A stretch of 41,290 nt of DNA from a bacterium (GTDB taxonomy: Bacteria; UBP15; UBA6099; JAJRTR01), in contig JAJRTR010000164.1 of the NCBI GenBank assembly GCA_024278215.1, positions 1 through 41,290 on the forward strand, written 5' to 3'. Made by a program: the position numbers and the translations under genes. The notes under the pieces were generated by a model. That model saw nothing but the letters and a program-made list of their open reading frames with translations. It did no database searches and was not told the origin of the DNA. Of this stretch, positions 1 to 9,575 are shown one piece after another (the first letter of the stretch is position 1; each line of letters starts with the position of its first letter).

Positions 1-1
1 A

Positions 2-805
2 CTGGCCTCAGCTGAATTGATCGGTTGTTTCGCTCTTACCGAACCCGGTTGCGGTTCGGACATTGCCGCAATCGAGACAACCGCGGAGAAGAAAAACGGC
101 GATTATATTCTCAATGGGAGAAAGACGTTAATAACAAATGGCCCTGTCGCGGACGTGGTTGTTGTTTTTGCGCGCACCGGTGAACCGAAGGATGCCGCAT
201 CGATAAGCGCTTTCGTGGTTGAAAGAGATACTGCGGGGCTGACTTGCGATGAAGCGACGGAGATGATGTGCGCAAGGGGCGCGGCCATGTCGAGCCTTGT
301 GTTCAAAGATTGCGAAATACCCGGGTCGAACCTGATAGGCGACGAGGGACAGGGTCTGGAAATCGCGAACCTGGTTCAGGATTACGCGCGTGTCAGTATG
401 GCGGCGATTGCTGTCGGTATTGCCAGGGCGGCGATGGAGGAATCCATAGCCCGCGCTGAAACGCGAATGGTTTTCGGAAAGTTGATAGGAAGTTATCAGG
501 ATATCAATCATAAAATCGCGACAATGCGTATGAATATAGAAGTGGCCAGGGAGCTGATCTACTACGCCGCCTGGCTGAAAGACAAAGGTGAAAAGTGTGA
601 AACAGATATTTCAGTTGCAAAGTTGTTTGCCTCTGAGATCGCTGTGAGGTCTGCGTCTGACGCGCTCCAGATACATGGTGGAGTGGGGCTCACGGTGGGG
701 CAAAAAGCAGAACGGCTGTACCGTGATGTAAAAATGTGCGAAATAGCCGGGGGTACATCAGAGATCCAACGCATGTCTATAGCAGGAGATGTCCTCTCTG
801 ACTGA
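2..805 (+). CDS. Acyl-CoA dehydrogenase (5'-truncated by the window edge)
   Basis: Motifs GCFALTEPGCGSD, LNGRKTLITNG, ALQIHGG, ERLYRD and IAGGTSEIQR. The frame is open back to position 2. Confidence 0.95.
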   Translation: MASAELIGCFALTEPGCGSDIAAIETTAEKKNGDYILNGRKTLITNGPVADVVVVFARTGEPKDAASISAFVVERDTAGLTCDEATEMMCARGAAMSSLVFKDCEIPGSNLIGDEGQGLEIANLVQDYARVSMAAIAVGIARAAMEESIARAETRMVFGKLIGSYQDINHKIATMRMNIEVARELIYYAAWLKDKGEKCETDISVAKLFASEIAVRSASDALQIHGGVGLTVGQKAERLYRDVKMCEIAGGTSEIQRMSIAGDVLSD

Positions 806-852
806 AAACGTATTTGAAGAAAAAACGGGCATTCGAGAAAGGGGTAAATGTT

Positions 853-2019
853 ATGCCACTCCAGGAATATTTTGAGTTTCACGACAAGACGAAACTGGTG
901 TATGGGCCCGGCACGATAGATCAAGCAGGTACGGAAGCAAAGTTGATTGGAGGCACAAAGGCTGTATTGATAACCGACGACGTGATTCGCGGACTGGGTT
1001 TTCCCGACACAGTGATAGAGAGCTTTGAGGACGCAGGCATAGATGTTGTGCTCGTGCGCGACGATATACCGCAGGATTCCAATGTGGGGATTATCACAGA
1101 GACAAGCAGCCAGGCAAAGACAAAGGGAGTTGATCTATGTGTTGGAATTGGCGGAGGCAGCGTGCTTGACACGATGAAGATGGTCAACCTGCTTCTGACC
1201 GAGGGTGGTGACCTTCTTAAAGACCACTAGGGCGCTTATATCCAGGAGCGTCCATTAAAACCGATGATCGCGATTCCGACAACGGCGGGAACCGGAAGCG
1301 AGGTAACCTTCGCTGCAGTGATCAAGGATCACGATTCCAATATGAAGGTCTCTTATGTCAGCCATTTCTTCGCGCCGAATGTTGCCATCCTGGACCCGAA
1401 TGTAACTCTGTCGATGCCGCCGAATATCACGGCATTCACGGGAATGGACGCTCTTACACATGTTATCGAATCGCTGCATAGCACGGAATCGACGCCAATT
1501 ACGGATGCGCTGTCGGCGGGTGCGATCCGGTCAATCAATACAAATCTGCCGATAGCAGTTGAAAATGGAAAAGACGTCGAAGCGCGTGGCCGGATGTTGA
1601 TTGCTTCCTGCACGGCGGGGCTCGCTTTCGCCAATTCGCTTGTAGGCATAGTACACGGAATCGCTCACTCCATTGGAGGCATAGCCGGCGTTCCTCACGG
1701 ACTGGCGAACTCGATAATGCTGCCTGTCTGCATGGAATGGAACCTGGACCACTGTCCCGAAAAGTATGCGATTTCCGCGCACGCCATGGGGGTGGTTCCA
1801 ACCGGTAATGCAAAAGCAGATGCAGTTGCTGGAATACAAAAAGTGCGTGAACTGATAGCGAAGATAGGATTACCCACTAATTTGAGTGAAGTGGGAGTGA
1901 CAGCAGATCAGTTCGAACCCATTGCCGACCTTACCATGGGTGACGGCACGATATATACAAACCCAAGACCGGTGGAAGATCCCGCCGATGTTGTGGAGCT
2001 TCTAAAAAAGGTTTTTTAA
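853..2019 (+). pseudogene. Iron-containing (type III) alcohol dehydrogenase with one in-frame TAG at 1228-1230 (nonsense allele, sequencing error or recoded codon)
   Basis: ORFs 814..1230 and 1264..2019 share one frame and join as ...DLLKDH*GAYIQERPLKPMIAIPTTAGTGSEVT. ATG 853 follows a GAAAGGGG RBS. The GGGS motif and metal ligands (GMDALTH, GIVHGIAH, VPHG) are intact. 388 aa if read through. Confidence 0.9.
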
Positions 2020-2087
2020 AGTATCAGTTGCCTGATTGATTTTGCTCGGTAAACGGGTTCTGTAGAACCGAGAGAAAGGAATCTGAA

Positions 2088-2501
2088 ATGGACCAATTAT
2101 TCAGAGACACAAACCATCTTTATGAGGTGCTGATCCCCTTTTACAACAATCTGAAGGATGACGAAGTAATAGGGCCAAAAGTATTAAGCAGCGGGCTGGT
2201 AATTCAGTTCAGGTATTCCGAGCCGGACGGAGTAATAACGATTGATTGCCCCAATGAGAAAATTATCCAGGGTGACGATGACTCCATTATTCCTACAGTG
2301 ACCATGACAATGAAAGCGAATATCGCGCACAAGTTCTGGCTGGGAAAACTCAACCTGATGATAGCGTTGACTAAAAGAGAAATCATCGCCAGGGGCCCAA
2401 TTGCTTCAACGATGAAACTTCTCCCGATAATCAAGGGCGCATACGCGATGTATGCCGATTACCTGAAAGAGATCGGGATGGAAGAGACAATTGATGTTTG
2501 A
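2088..2501 (+). CDS. SCP2 sterol/lipid-binding domain protein
   Basis: 137 aa. VTMTMKANIAHKFWLGKLNLMIALTKREIIARGP matches the SCP2 pattern. GAAAGGA RBS. Confidence 0.8.
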   Translation: MDQLFRDTNHLYEVLIPFYNNLKDDEVIGPKVLSSGLVIQFRYSEPDGVITIDCPNEKIIQGDDDSIIPTVTMTMKANIAHKFWLGKLNLMIALTKREIIARGPIASTMKLLPIIKGAYAMYADYLKEIGMEETIDV

Positions 2502-2514
2502 ACGTAAGAAGAAT

Positions 2515-2554
2515 GGTAACACTTCAGCCATCTTCACTTGGCTAAAGTGTTGCT
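2515..2554 (+). terminator. Intergenic stem-loop (terminator or mRNA-stabilising hairpin)
   Basis: GGTAACACTTCAGCCA-tcttcact-TGGCTAAAGTGTTGCT forms a 16-bp stem with one mismatch and G-U pairs. There is no clear U-tract. Confidence 0.45.
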
Positions 2555-2613
2555 ACTAATCAGAGTTTGGGATATGAACGACAGCATATCCTATGATGAA
2601 AGGAGTGTGAGAA

Positions 2614-3762
2614 ATGGCAAACAGAGCAGCTATATGCGCGGTAGCGCAGATTCCGTTTGAATCGAACTTATGGCAACAACGGGTGCAGGGAATGGTTTTC
2701 CCCGTTGTGAAATCCATCATGGAACAAACCGGTGTCTCCTTCGGCGGCGAAAAGGGCATCCAGAACGTCGTGACGTGCTCGGACGACGTGTTCGACGCGC
2801 GAACTATCTCAGACAATGGCGTCACCGACGAGGTGGGAGCACACTACCAGGGTGAGGAAAAAGTCGCAATGGACGGTGTCAACGCGATAGCATACGCCCT
2901 CGCTTGCATCCTCTCCGGGCATGATGATGTCACTATGGTCGTGGCCCACTGCAAGGAATCCCAGAGCGAGGACAGGAACATGTGTACCAACCTCGCTTTC
3001 GATCCGTTCTATTGCAGGCCGGTCGGATTGGATTACCTGAACCTGGCGGCAATGCAGGCGCGAGCATACATGGACGTGTCGGGAATCACAGACAAACACC
3101 TCGCAAAGGTAGTGGAACTTTCAAGGAAGAACGCGGCGGAAAATCCGCTGGCAATCGCCAGAGAGCCGGTTTCGGCGGAGGAAGTAATGAAATCGCCTAT
3201 GATCTGCGACCCGATACGTGATCTGCATGTCTATCCCGTTTCCGACGGCGCGATTGCAATGCTGATCGCAAACGAGGATCGATGCCGGGAGTTTACGGAT
3301 AAACCGGTATGGATCACTGGATTCGGCAATTGTATGGACAGCTATTTTCCCGGCGACAGGAACCTCGCAAGCAACTTCTCACTGAAACGGGCGGCGGAGC
3401 GGGCCTACATAATGGCAGGTGTCACTAATCCTGAAAAAGAGTTTGACATGGCCGAGGTGCATTCTTCATACGCCTACCAGTTGCCGATGTGGTGCGAGGG
3501 ACTTGGACTGTGCGGTGAAGGAAATGGAGGCGAGTGGATAGACGGCGGCGGTATGGAAAAGAAAAATGTGAACCCGTCAGGCGGTCCGCTTGGCGGTTTC
3601 CCCATAATGGTCGGCGGTCTGGCCGGTGCTGCGGAAGCTGTTCTACAACTACGCGGTGAGGCCGGGAAACGCCAGATTTATGGCGCAAAAAAAGCGCTGG
3701 CTCACGGCACAACAGGCGCGGCCGGACAGCATCACGCCGTTATGATACTCGAAAACAAATAG
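2614..3762 (+). CDS. SCP-x-type non-thiolytic thiolase-fold protein, Ltp4-like
   Basis: Thiolase fold (PVSDGAIAMLIA, VNPSGG, EAVLQLRGEAG.RQ) without the nucleophilic Cys or the GHP His. TCSDDVFDARTIS resembles the Ltp4 subfamily. Paired with the next gene. Confidence 0.8.
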   Translation: MANRAAICAVAQIPFESNLWQQRVQGMVFPVVKSIMEQTGVSFGGEKGIQNVVTCSDDVFDARTISDNGVTDEVGAHYQGEEKVAMDGVNAIAYALACILSGHDDVTMVVAHCKESQSEDRNMCTNLAFDPFYCRPVGLDYLNLAAMQARAYMDVSGITDKHLAKVVELSRKNAAENPLAIAREPVSAEEVMKSPMICDPIRDLHVYPVSDGAIAMLIANEDRCREFTDKPVWITGFGNCMDSYFPGDRNLASNFSLKRAAERAYIMAGVTNPEKEFDMAEVHSSYAYQLPMWCEGLGLCGEGNGGEWIDGGGMEKKNVNPSGGPLGGFPIMVGGLAGAAEAVLQLRGEAGKRQIYGAKKALAHGTTGAAGQHHAVMILENK

Positions 3763-3777
3763 AGAGGAGGCTCGAAC

Positions 3778-4998
3778 ATGAATAAAAAACACAAGAAAAA
3801 CAGGAACGTTGCAATAATCGGCGTCGGGCAGACTGTCTACTCCAGCCACCGCGAAGATGTGAACCAGCCCGAGATGATCCACGAGGCTGTTTCACTGGCA
3901 CTCAAGGACGCTGGACTGACGATGGATGATATAGATTGTGTTGTGCATGGCAATATGGAGCTTTTCGAGATGGTGCATCAGCCGGACATGTGGCATACCA
4001 TTGGAGACGGCGCGTATGGAAAAAGCGCGTTCAGGCTGACCACCGGAGGCACAACCGGTGCGACTCTCGTGAGCGCGGCGGATAACCTTGTCGCCTCGGG
4101 CATGTACGATGTTGTAATGGCAGTCGGCTTCGAGAAATTACAGGAGGGGCATACAACAGGCGGCATTACCAATATGGCAGACCCGCTGTGGACCCGGCAC
4201 CTCCAGACCGGCGCTCTCACAGGCGCGACAGCCTCATATATGATACAGGAATTCGGCGAGGAACGCGCAAAACGCGCCGCTATGAAACACCGCATCGACA
4301 TGGACAAGCACGCTGTGCTCAATCCCAACTCGCACCGCAGTTTCGGACTCGATTACGATCAGATGGATGACCTCATAAAGAACTCGCCTCAGCTTGCCGG
4401 TGAGCTCCGTCTCATTCACATGTGCTCCCAGAGCGACGGTGCGTGCGTCGTCATCATGGCATCCGAAGAAAAAGCAAAAAAACTCAGCAATAAACCGGTC
4501 TGGATTCGCGACCACATCACCATTCACCGCGAGGAAAATTTTTCCACTATGTTTACGTACGATATGGATGAGCGCGATCCCACCACTCACCGTGTCGCCG
4601 CAGAAAGACTCTTCGAGCGGAATGGTATCAAAGACCCGGTTGAATATTTCAATGTGTTCGAGATGTATGACCCTTCATCATGGTGGGGGCTCGACTGGTT
4701 GCGCGACTTTTTCTTGCTCGAGGGCGACGAAGTCCTGACAATGGTGGAAAGCGATGACTTTAAGATCGGCGGTAAAATACCCGTAAATCCATCGGGCGGT
4801 GTCACATCGGCTAATCCCATCGGTGCAACAGCTATGATCCGGGTAGCGGAAGCAGCGCTCCAGGTTCGTGGAGACGCCGGCGGACACCAGGTGCCGGGCG
4901 AAGTGAATCACGCACTCGCCTCAGGCTTCGGAGGCACCTACTGGACCGTTCTGTTCATGCTGGAAAAGAATCTTGACTGGCAGAAGGGAGAACAATGA
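3778..4998 (+). CDS. SCP-x-type non-thiolytic thiolase-fold protein, Ltp3-like (putative retro-aldolase subunit)
   Basis: GVGQT...HREDV, FEMVHQPD, SDGACVVIMA, FEMYDPSSW and VNPSGGVTSANPIGA closely parallel actinobacterial Ltp3. The catalytic Cys position reads TTGGTTG. GGAGG RBS. Confidence 0.85.
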   Translation: MNKKHKKNRNVAIIGVGQTVYSSHREDVNQPEMIHEAVSLALKDAGLTMDDIDCVVHGNMELFEMVHQPDMWHTIGDGAYGKSAFRLTTGGTTGATLVSAADNLVASGMYDVVMAVGFEKLQEGHTTGGITNMADPLWTRHLQTGALTGATASYMIQEFGEERAKRAAMKHRIDMDKHAVLNPNSHRSFGLDYDQMDDLIKNSPQLAGELRLIHMCSQSDGACVVIMASEEKAKKLSNKPVWIRDHITIHREENFSTMFTYDMDERDPTTHRVAAERLFERNGIKDPVEYFNVFEMYDPSSWWGLDWLRDFFLLEGDEVLTMVESDDFKIGGKIPVNPSGGVTSANPIGATAMIRVAEAALQVRGDAGGHQVPGEVNHALASGFGGTYWTVLFMLEKNLDWQKGEQ

Positions 4999-6155
4999 GC
5001 GAATACTATGGAACAACGGTAGAAGATATTTTTAAAACCCAGAATAAGCGATTCCGGGCTGAAGGCTCGGAGGGTGTGGACGCTGTTTTCGCTTATGACG
5101 TACAGGGCGAAGGCGGCGGAAGGTGGAAATTAACAATTAAAGACGGTGCCTGCGCGACCGAGAAACTTGATAGCGATGATTTTGGCGAATATTCGGTAAA
5201 AATTACGGTGGATGCTGAAACATTCGTAGGTGTTACCATCGGAAAAATCGACGGAACAGAGGCTTTCACCGCGGGCAAGCTGAAAGTGGATGGGCAAATA
5301 CCGCTAATGATGGAGTTGCCGAAACTCTTTACGAAATATGCGCCTCCCGGAAAAGAAGTAACTGCCGCAGACATCCTGGCAACCTCCGAGTCGCGTTTTC
5401 AACCGGAAAACGCGGAAGGACTCGATATCACTGTCGGGTACAACCTCGCCGGCGACGGCGGCGGTCAGTGGACGGCTGTCATAAAAGACGGCACATGCAA
5501 ACTTGAAGAAGGTCTTCGAGACAATCTAACGGTATGCAACATCGTGAAGGCGAAGGACTTTGTCGATCTCATGCTTGGTAAGCTGGACCCCATAGTCGCC
5601 TTCGGAGCAGGCAGGCTGCGGCTGGTCGGAGATATGGAGATCGCTCAGCGGCTGCCCAAAATATTCTCAAAGTTCAAATCGAATGCGTCGGAGCCTGTTG
5701 AAGAACTTATCATGCTCAAAAAGATTATTTCCGTCGACATGAAATACTCCACAGGCCCGACAATGGGGAAATTCTTGAATGGCCTCAAGGAAAAGAAAAT
5801 TCTCGCCAACGTGTGCCCCAAATGCGGCCGCAAGCAATTGCCACCGCGCGAGTGTTGCGCTGTCTGCCGGTGTGATGTGGATGAATTTGTGGAAGTCGGC
5901 CCGGAGGGGATTGTCACATATTGCGATATTATTTATTATGCCAGCCCCGATCCGCTTACAGGAGAGACCCGTGAAACTCCTTATGGCGCCCTTTTCGTGC
6001 TACTCGATGGATGCAAAGACCGTGAAGCGCTCTGGCACCTGCTCAAGAAGGAAGACCTGGTCGATGTCAAGCGTGGTGACCGTGTACGGCCCGTATGGGT
6101 CGAAAATCCCACCGGCTCGGTGTACGACATAATTTACTTCGAGAAAGTGCGGTGA
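4995..6155 (+). CDS. Tandem SCP2-SCP2 fused to a DUF35 (Zn-ribbon + OB-fold) domain
   Basis: Two internal repeats (G.GGG.W...IKDG.C...; GK.D...AF.AG.L...G), then FLNGLKEKKILANVCPKCGRKQLPPRECCAVC and PYGALFVLLDG. ATGA overlap with the upstream gene. Confidence 0.85.
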   Translation: MSEYYGTTVEDIFKTQNKRFRAEGSEGVDAVFAYDVQGEGGGRWKLTIKDGACATEKLDSDDFGEYSVKITVDAETFVGVTIGKIDGTEAFTAGKLKVDGQIPLMMELPKLFTKYAPPGKEVTAADILATSESRFQPENAEGLDITVGYNLAGDGGGQWTAVIKDGTCKLEEGLRDNLTVCNIVKAKDFVDLMLGKLDPIVAFGAGRLRLVGDMEIAQRLPKIFSKFKSNASEPVEELIMLKKIISVDMKYSTGPTMGKFLNGLKEKKILANVCPKCGRKQLPPRECCAVCRCDVDEFVEVGPEGIVTYCDIIYYASPDPLTGETRETPYGALFVLLDGCKDREALWHLLKKEDLVDVKRGDRVRPVWVENPTGSVYDIIYFEKVR

Positions 6156-6201
6156 AGTTTTTCGAGTTTTTATGTGAATATTTCAAAAAGGAGAATCCGC
6201 T

Positions 6202-6657
6202 ATGAATCAGGAAAATAAAGATTGCTATGTTGTCGACGGAAAGCTGGCGTTGCCTTACCAGTATTTCGCGGGCAGAACCGGCAGCAGGTTCCTAATATCG
6301 CTACGCGACAAGAAAAAAATCTTCGGCGTTAAATGCAACAAGTGCGACAAGGTATTCGTGCCGCCCAGGCAGACTTGCGAACGCTGTTTCGAGAACATAA
6401 GCAATAACTGGGTGGAGTTATCTGACACAGGCGAGATAGTTAACTTCTCAGTGGTGCGATACGAGGGCAAACATCTGCCGCGCAAGCCGCCATTTGTACT
6501 CGCGCTTATCAAGCTGGGCGGTGCCGATACACCGATGACGCATATCGTCGAGGGAATCGAGCCGGAAAAAGTCGAAGTCGGCATGAAGGTCAAAGCAACA
6601 TTTTCAGACGAACCGACAAACACCATTCTCGACCTCGACCATTTCGAGCCGGTGTAG
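6202..6657 (+). CDS. DUF35 Zn-ribbon OB-fold protein (ChsH2-C-like)
   Basis: CNKCDKVFVPPRQTCERC Zn ribbon, PPFVLALIKLGGADT and VEVGMKVKA. AAGGAG RBS. Confidence 0.9.
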   Translation: MNQENKDCYVVDGKLALPYQYFAGRTGSRFLISLRDKKKIFGVKCNKCDKVFVPPRQTCERCFENISNNWVELSDTGEIVNFSVVRYEGKHLPRKPPFVLALIKLGGADTPMTHIVEGIEPEKVEVGMKVKATFSDEPTNTILDLDHFEPV

Positions 6658-6771
6658 GACATTGCGGCATAGCCGGTTCTTGCGTTTTTTCGAAACACCT
6701 TTGGAAACTGTCCGGATAATTTGTTGTTTTGCGTTTCAATTTAACTGATCACATTATACAGGAGGTTACAG

Positions 6772-8277
6772 ATGGGGTTTTCATACTATTGGTCTCCGGA
6801 GCATCAGCGTGCCTGGAGTGAAAAGCAACTTCTACGCTATGTGAAAAGTCATATTCTTACATACCATCCCTTCTATAGAAAGAAGTGCCGGGAAATGGGA
6901 ATCGGCAGCGGGAATCTGAAAAACTATGAGGACTTCAGGAAGTTCCCTCTCGTGACCAAAACGGACCTGGTTGAAGACCCACGCGCTTTCATCCTTCAGC
7001 CGACGTTTCCCGGCAGAGAACCGCTGTACAAGAACATCGCTCCCATCAGGAAAGCGGACCTCCTCAGATACGCATACCAGGCAGTTCGCCGACCGCTGCT
7101 CGCCAGCGCAACAGGCGAAGAACGCACCTTGAAAAAACGCATCGAGGCCGAAGCGCGGCGGGAATGGTTCCCCATACACTTCCATGCAAGCGGTGGCACA
7201 ACCGGCAACCCGAGTCCCGCTGTATATACTCATCACGACATCTTCAACGTCACCCCGAGTATAGTTTCTATGTCCAGCTGGTGCGGCATCAAGCCCGAGC
7301 ATAAAATGTTGAACCTCTTCCCCGCCGCACCGCACCTCGCTTTCTTTCAGGTAGTATTCAGTCAGTTTCTGATGGCCGGACATGTATTTCATACATGCGG
7401 CGGATCGGTAATACCCACAGAACGACAAATCCAAATCTGCGAGCAGCTTGAATTTGATAATATCGTAGCCATCCCATCATATCTTACGTACTGGCTTGAA
7501 GTTGCGGAAAAAATGCGAAAAAGGGGCGACATAAAGAAGATTGACAACATCAAGTATGCCGTCGTTTCGGGAGAGCCAATGGTACCCGCTTACCGCGAAC
7601 GCATTAAAGAACAGTTCGCCGCCATCGGATCAAAAGATGTCACTATTATTGAGGGCTACGGAATGACAGAGTTGAAAGGCGCATTTTATGAGTGCGCCGA
7701 AGGCTCGGGCATTCATTTAAATACTGAACATTACTTCTGGGAAGTGCTTGATCCTGAAACAAAAGAGCCGGTGCCGGAAGGTCATGAAGGTGTTCTCACT
7801 TTCAGCCATATAGACTTCCGGGGCACCGTGTTGATCCGCTACTTCACCGGTGATCTCATAAAGGGAATGGTATGGGAAAAATGTGAGCACTGTGGGCATA
7901 CCAGCCCGAAACTGCTAACGCCCCTGTGCCGCGCGGTTAAAGATTTTACTAAAATAAAAGGCTCGCGCGTTAACCTTTTGAATCTCCAGACCGCCATTCG
8001 AAACACCGAGGGAGTCGAATCGTTTCAGGTGGTCATAACCAAACAACGTCCGGAAGACCCCTATTCAAGAGACTGGGTCCGAATACACGTTGCGAAAAAA
8101 GCAGATGCGAATGAGCAAACCATAGTTCCGATTCTGAAAAAGAACGTGAAACTCGACTGTGAAATATCGCCGTCCGAGGTGATATTCAATACACCGGAAG
8201 AAGTCGAAAACATGCTGTTCGCCCGCACCAACCTGAAAGCCGACTGGATTATAGACGAACGGCAGGTGCATGTGTGA
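6772..8277 (+). CDS. Phenylacetate-CoA ligase (PaaK)-family adenylate-forming enzyme
   Basis: HASGGTTGNPSP P-loop, EGYGMTE, ECAEGSGIHL and RYFTGDL. AGGAGG RBS. Substrate unknown. Confidence 0.85.
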   Translation: MGFSYYWSPEHQRAWSEKQLLRYVKSHILTYHPFYRKKCREMGIGSGNLKNYEDFRKFPLVTKTDLVEDPRAFILQPTFPGREPLYKNIAPIRKADLLRYAYQAVRRPLLASATGEERTLKKRIEAEARREWFPIHFHASGGTTGNPSPAVYTHHDIFNVTPSIVSMSSWCGIKPEHKMLNLFPAAPHLAFFQVVFSQFLMAGHVFHTCGGSVIPTERQIQICEQLEFDNIVAIPSYLTYWLEVAEKMRKRGDIKKIDNIKYAVVSGEPMVPAYRERIKEQFAAIGSKDVTIIEGYGMTELKGAFYECAEGSGIHLNTEHYFWEVLDPETKEPVPEGHEGVLTFSHIDFRGTVLIRYFTGDLIKGMVWEKCEHCGHTSPKLLTPLCRAVKDFTKIKGSRVNLLNLQTAIRNTEGVESFQVVITKQRPEDPYSRDWVRIHVAKKADANEQTIVPILKKNVKLDCEISPSEVIFNTPEEVENMLFARTNLKADWIIDERQVHV

Positions 8278-8585
8278 CGTGATACCTGTTGTCAAACCGC
8301 AAATATATATAATGTCGTATCAACAAAGAAAAGACGGAAGAACAGATAAGGCCCAGCCTGCAAGTCGAAGTTGCGCCTGAAATTAATCTTTCACACCGGG
8401 GCGCAAGAAAAACCATCGCACGCGCAAGTTTTCACAAGTCACGGCAGTCATTTTCCGGTATTCAGCAATTAATCAACCAGCAGAACTCAACAAAACAGGG
8501 GTTTCCGTTCTGGCACTATATGTACGGTTGCTTGCAATTGATTCACAACTATACAATACTTAATATAAGGCAGATATACTTAAAC

Positions 8586-8640
8586 ATTGCGTTTTCAGGT
8601 AACCCCAGATACCTCCTTATTGCATCTTTAGGTAACCTCA
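8586..8640 (+). promoter_or_regulatory. Pair of 22-bp imperfect direct repeats upstream of the cytidylyltransferase cassette (candidate operator)
   Basis: ATTGCGTTTTCAGGTAACCCCA (8586-8607) vs ATTGCATCTTTAGGTAACCTCA (8619-8640): 18/22 identical with a 33-bp period. Each contains the near-palindrome GGTAACC. Confidence 0.4.
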
Positions 8641-8708
8641 CCCCAATACATGGGCCGAGTGAGGATTGTTTATTTACCGAACACTATATCGGACACTACA
8701 GGAGAAAA

Positions 8709-9575
8709 TTGGTCATATCAAACGAAAACGATTATATCGAAGAACGTGTAACAACAGCCGTACTCCTTGCAGCCGGCACAGGAACACGCCTGCAACCCTT
8801 GACGCTCAATTCACCCAAATGCATGACTATGGTAAATGAAACTTCCATATTAGAGCGATTAATATCCAGCCTGAATCAACATGGTTTCAAACGTCTGGTT
8901 GTGGTCACAGGCCACCTGGAATCCTGTATTCGCAGATATCTGGGGAACCGGGCCGGCAACATGAAGATTGAATATGTTTTCAGTCCACTATATAAGACAA
9001 CCAATAACATATATTCACTATGGATGGCCCGCAAAATTATAAACGAGCCTTTTTTGCTGATTGAAAGTGACCTTGTTTTTGATCCATTTTTATTGTGTAA
9101 CATGCTTTATCCTGACAGAATTGCAGTTGCTCGCGTGCAGCCATGGCTTCACGGTTCAGCAGTTACAATAAATCAGTTCAACATGGTTGATGCATTCCAT
9201 AATGACACTATAAACCTTCCAGGGGAGATAAGATATAAGACTGTCAATATCTACAGCCTTTCCCTCTCTTCGTGGAACAGGGTTGTCGAGACATTAAATA
9301 AGTATGTTCTGGCAGGTGAAGTGAATAGCTATTACGAAGCCGTGTTCGGTCGAATGGTTGCAGAAAAGCGCTTATCATTTCAAGCTGTTTTTTTTGACGG
9401 TAACCCATGGTATGAAATTGACACCTTAGAGGATCTTGCATCAGCGGAAAGGCTGTTCCCTTCGAAATTTTGTGAAGCGATCCCCTTTCAGCATATACAT
9501 ACAGGTAGTTTGATAAACACAAACCTGCATGCCGGTAAAACAACCTGTAATGGAAATAATCATGGTGAATTCTGA
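8709..9575 (+). CDS. Nucleotidyltransferase, LicC/phosphocholine cytidylyltransferase-like
   Basis: AVLLAAGTGTRLQPLT...PKC, YKTTNNIYSLW, LLIESDLVF and WYEIDTLEDL. Probable TTG start at 8709 after AGGAG. Confidence 0.85.
   Translation: MVISNENDYIEERVTTAVLLAAGTGTRLQPLTLNSPKCMTMVNETSILERLISSLNQHGFKRLVVVTGHLESCIRRYLGNRAGNMKIEYVFSPLYKTTNNIYSLWMARKIINEPFLLIESDLVFDPFLLCNMLYPDRIAVARVQPWLHGSAVTINQFNMVDAFHNDTINLPGEIRYKTVNIYSLSLSSWNRVVETLNKYVLAGEVNSYYEAVFGRMVAEKRLSFQAVFFDGNPWYEIDTLEDLASAERLFPSKFCEAIPFQHIHTGSLINTNLHAGKTTCNGNNHGEF

Noticed and set aside
1228-1230. Genome-wide TAG reassignment (alternative genetic code)
   Set aside because: TAG ends genes at their expected C-termini at 3760-3762, 6655-6657, 10669-10671 and 36723-36725, and the other long genes contain no internal TAG.
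8280-8700. Cobalamin riboswitch and a cobD assignment for 9562-10671
   Set aside because: No B12-box or other riboswitch core was recognised and there are no cob/cbi neighbours.
9480-9575. Frameshifted fusion of the nucleotidyltransferase and the PLP enzyme
   Set aside because: Fused versions exist elsewhere, but here each ORF is complete, the second has its own ATG, and the short overlap fits translational coupling. No slippery site is evident.
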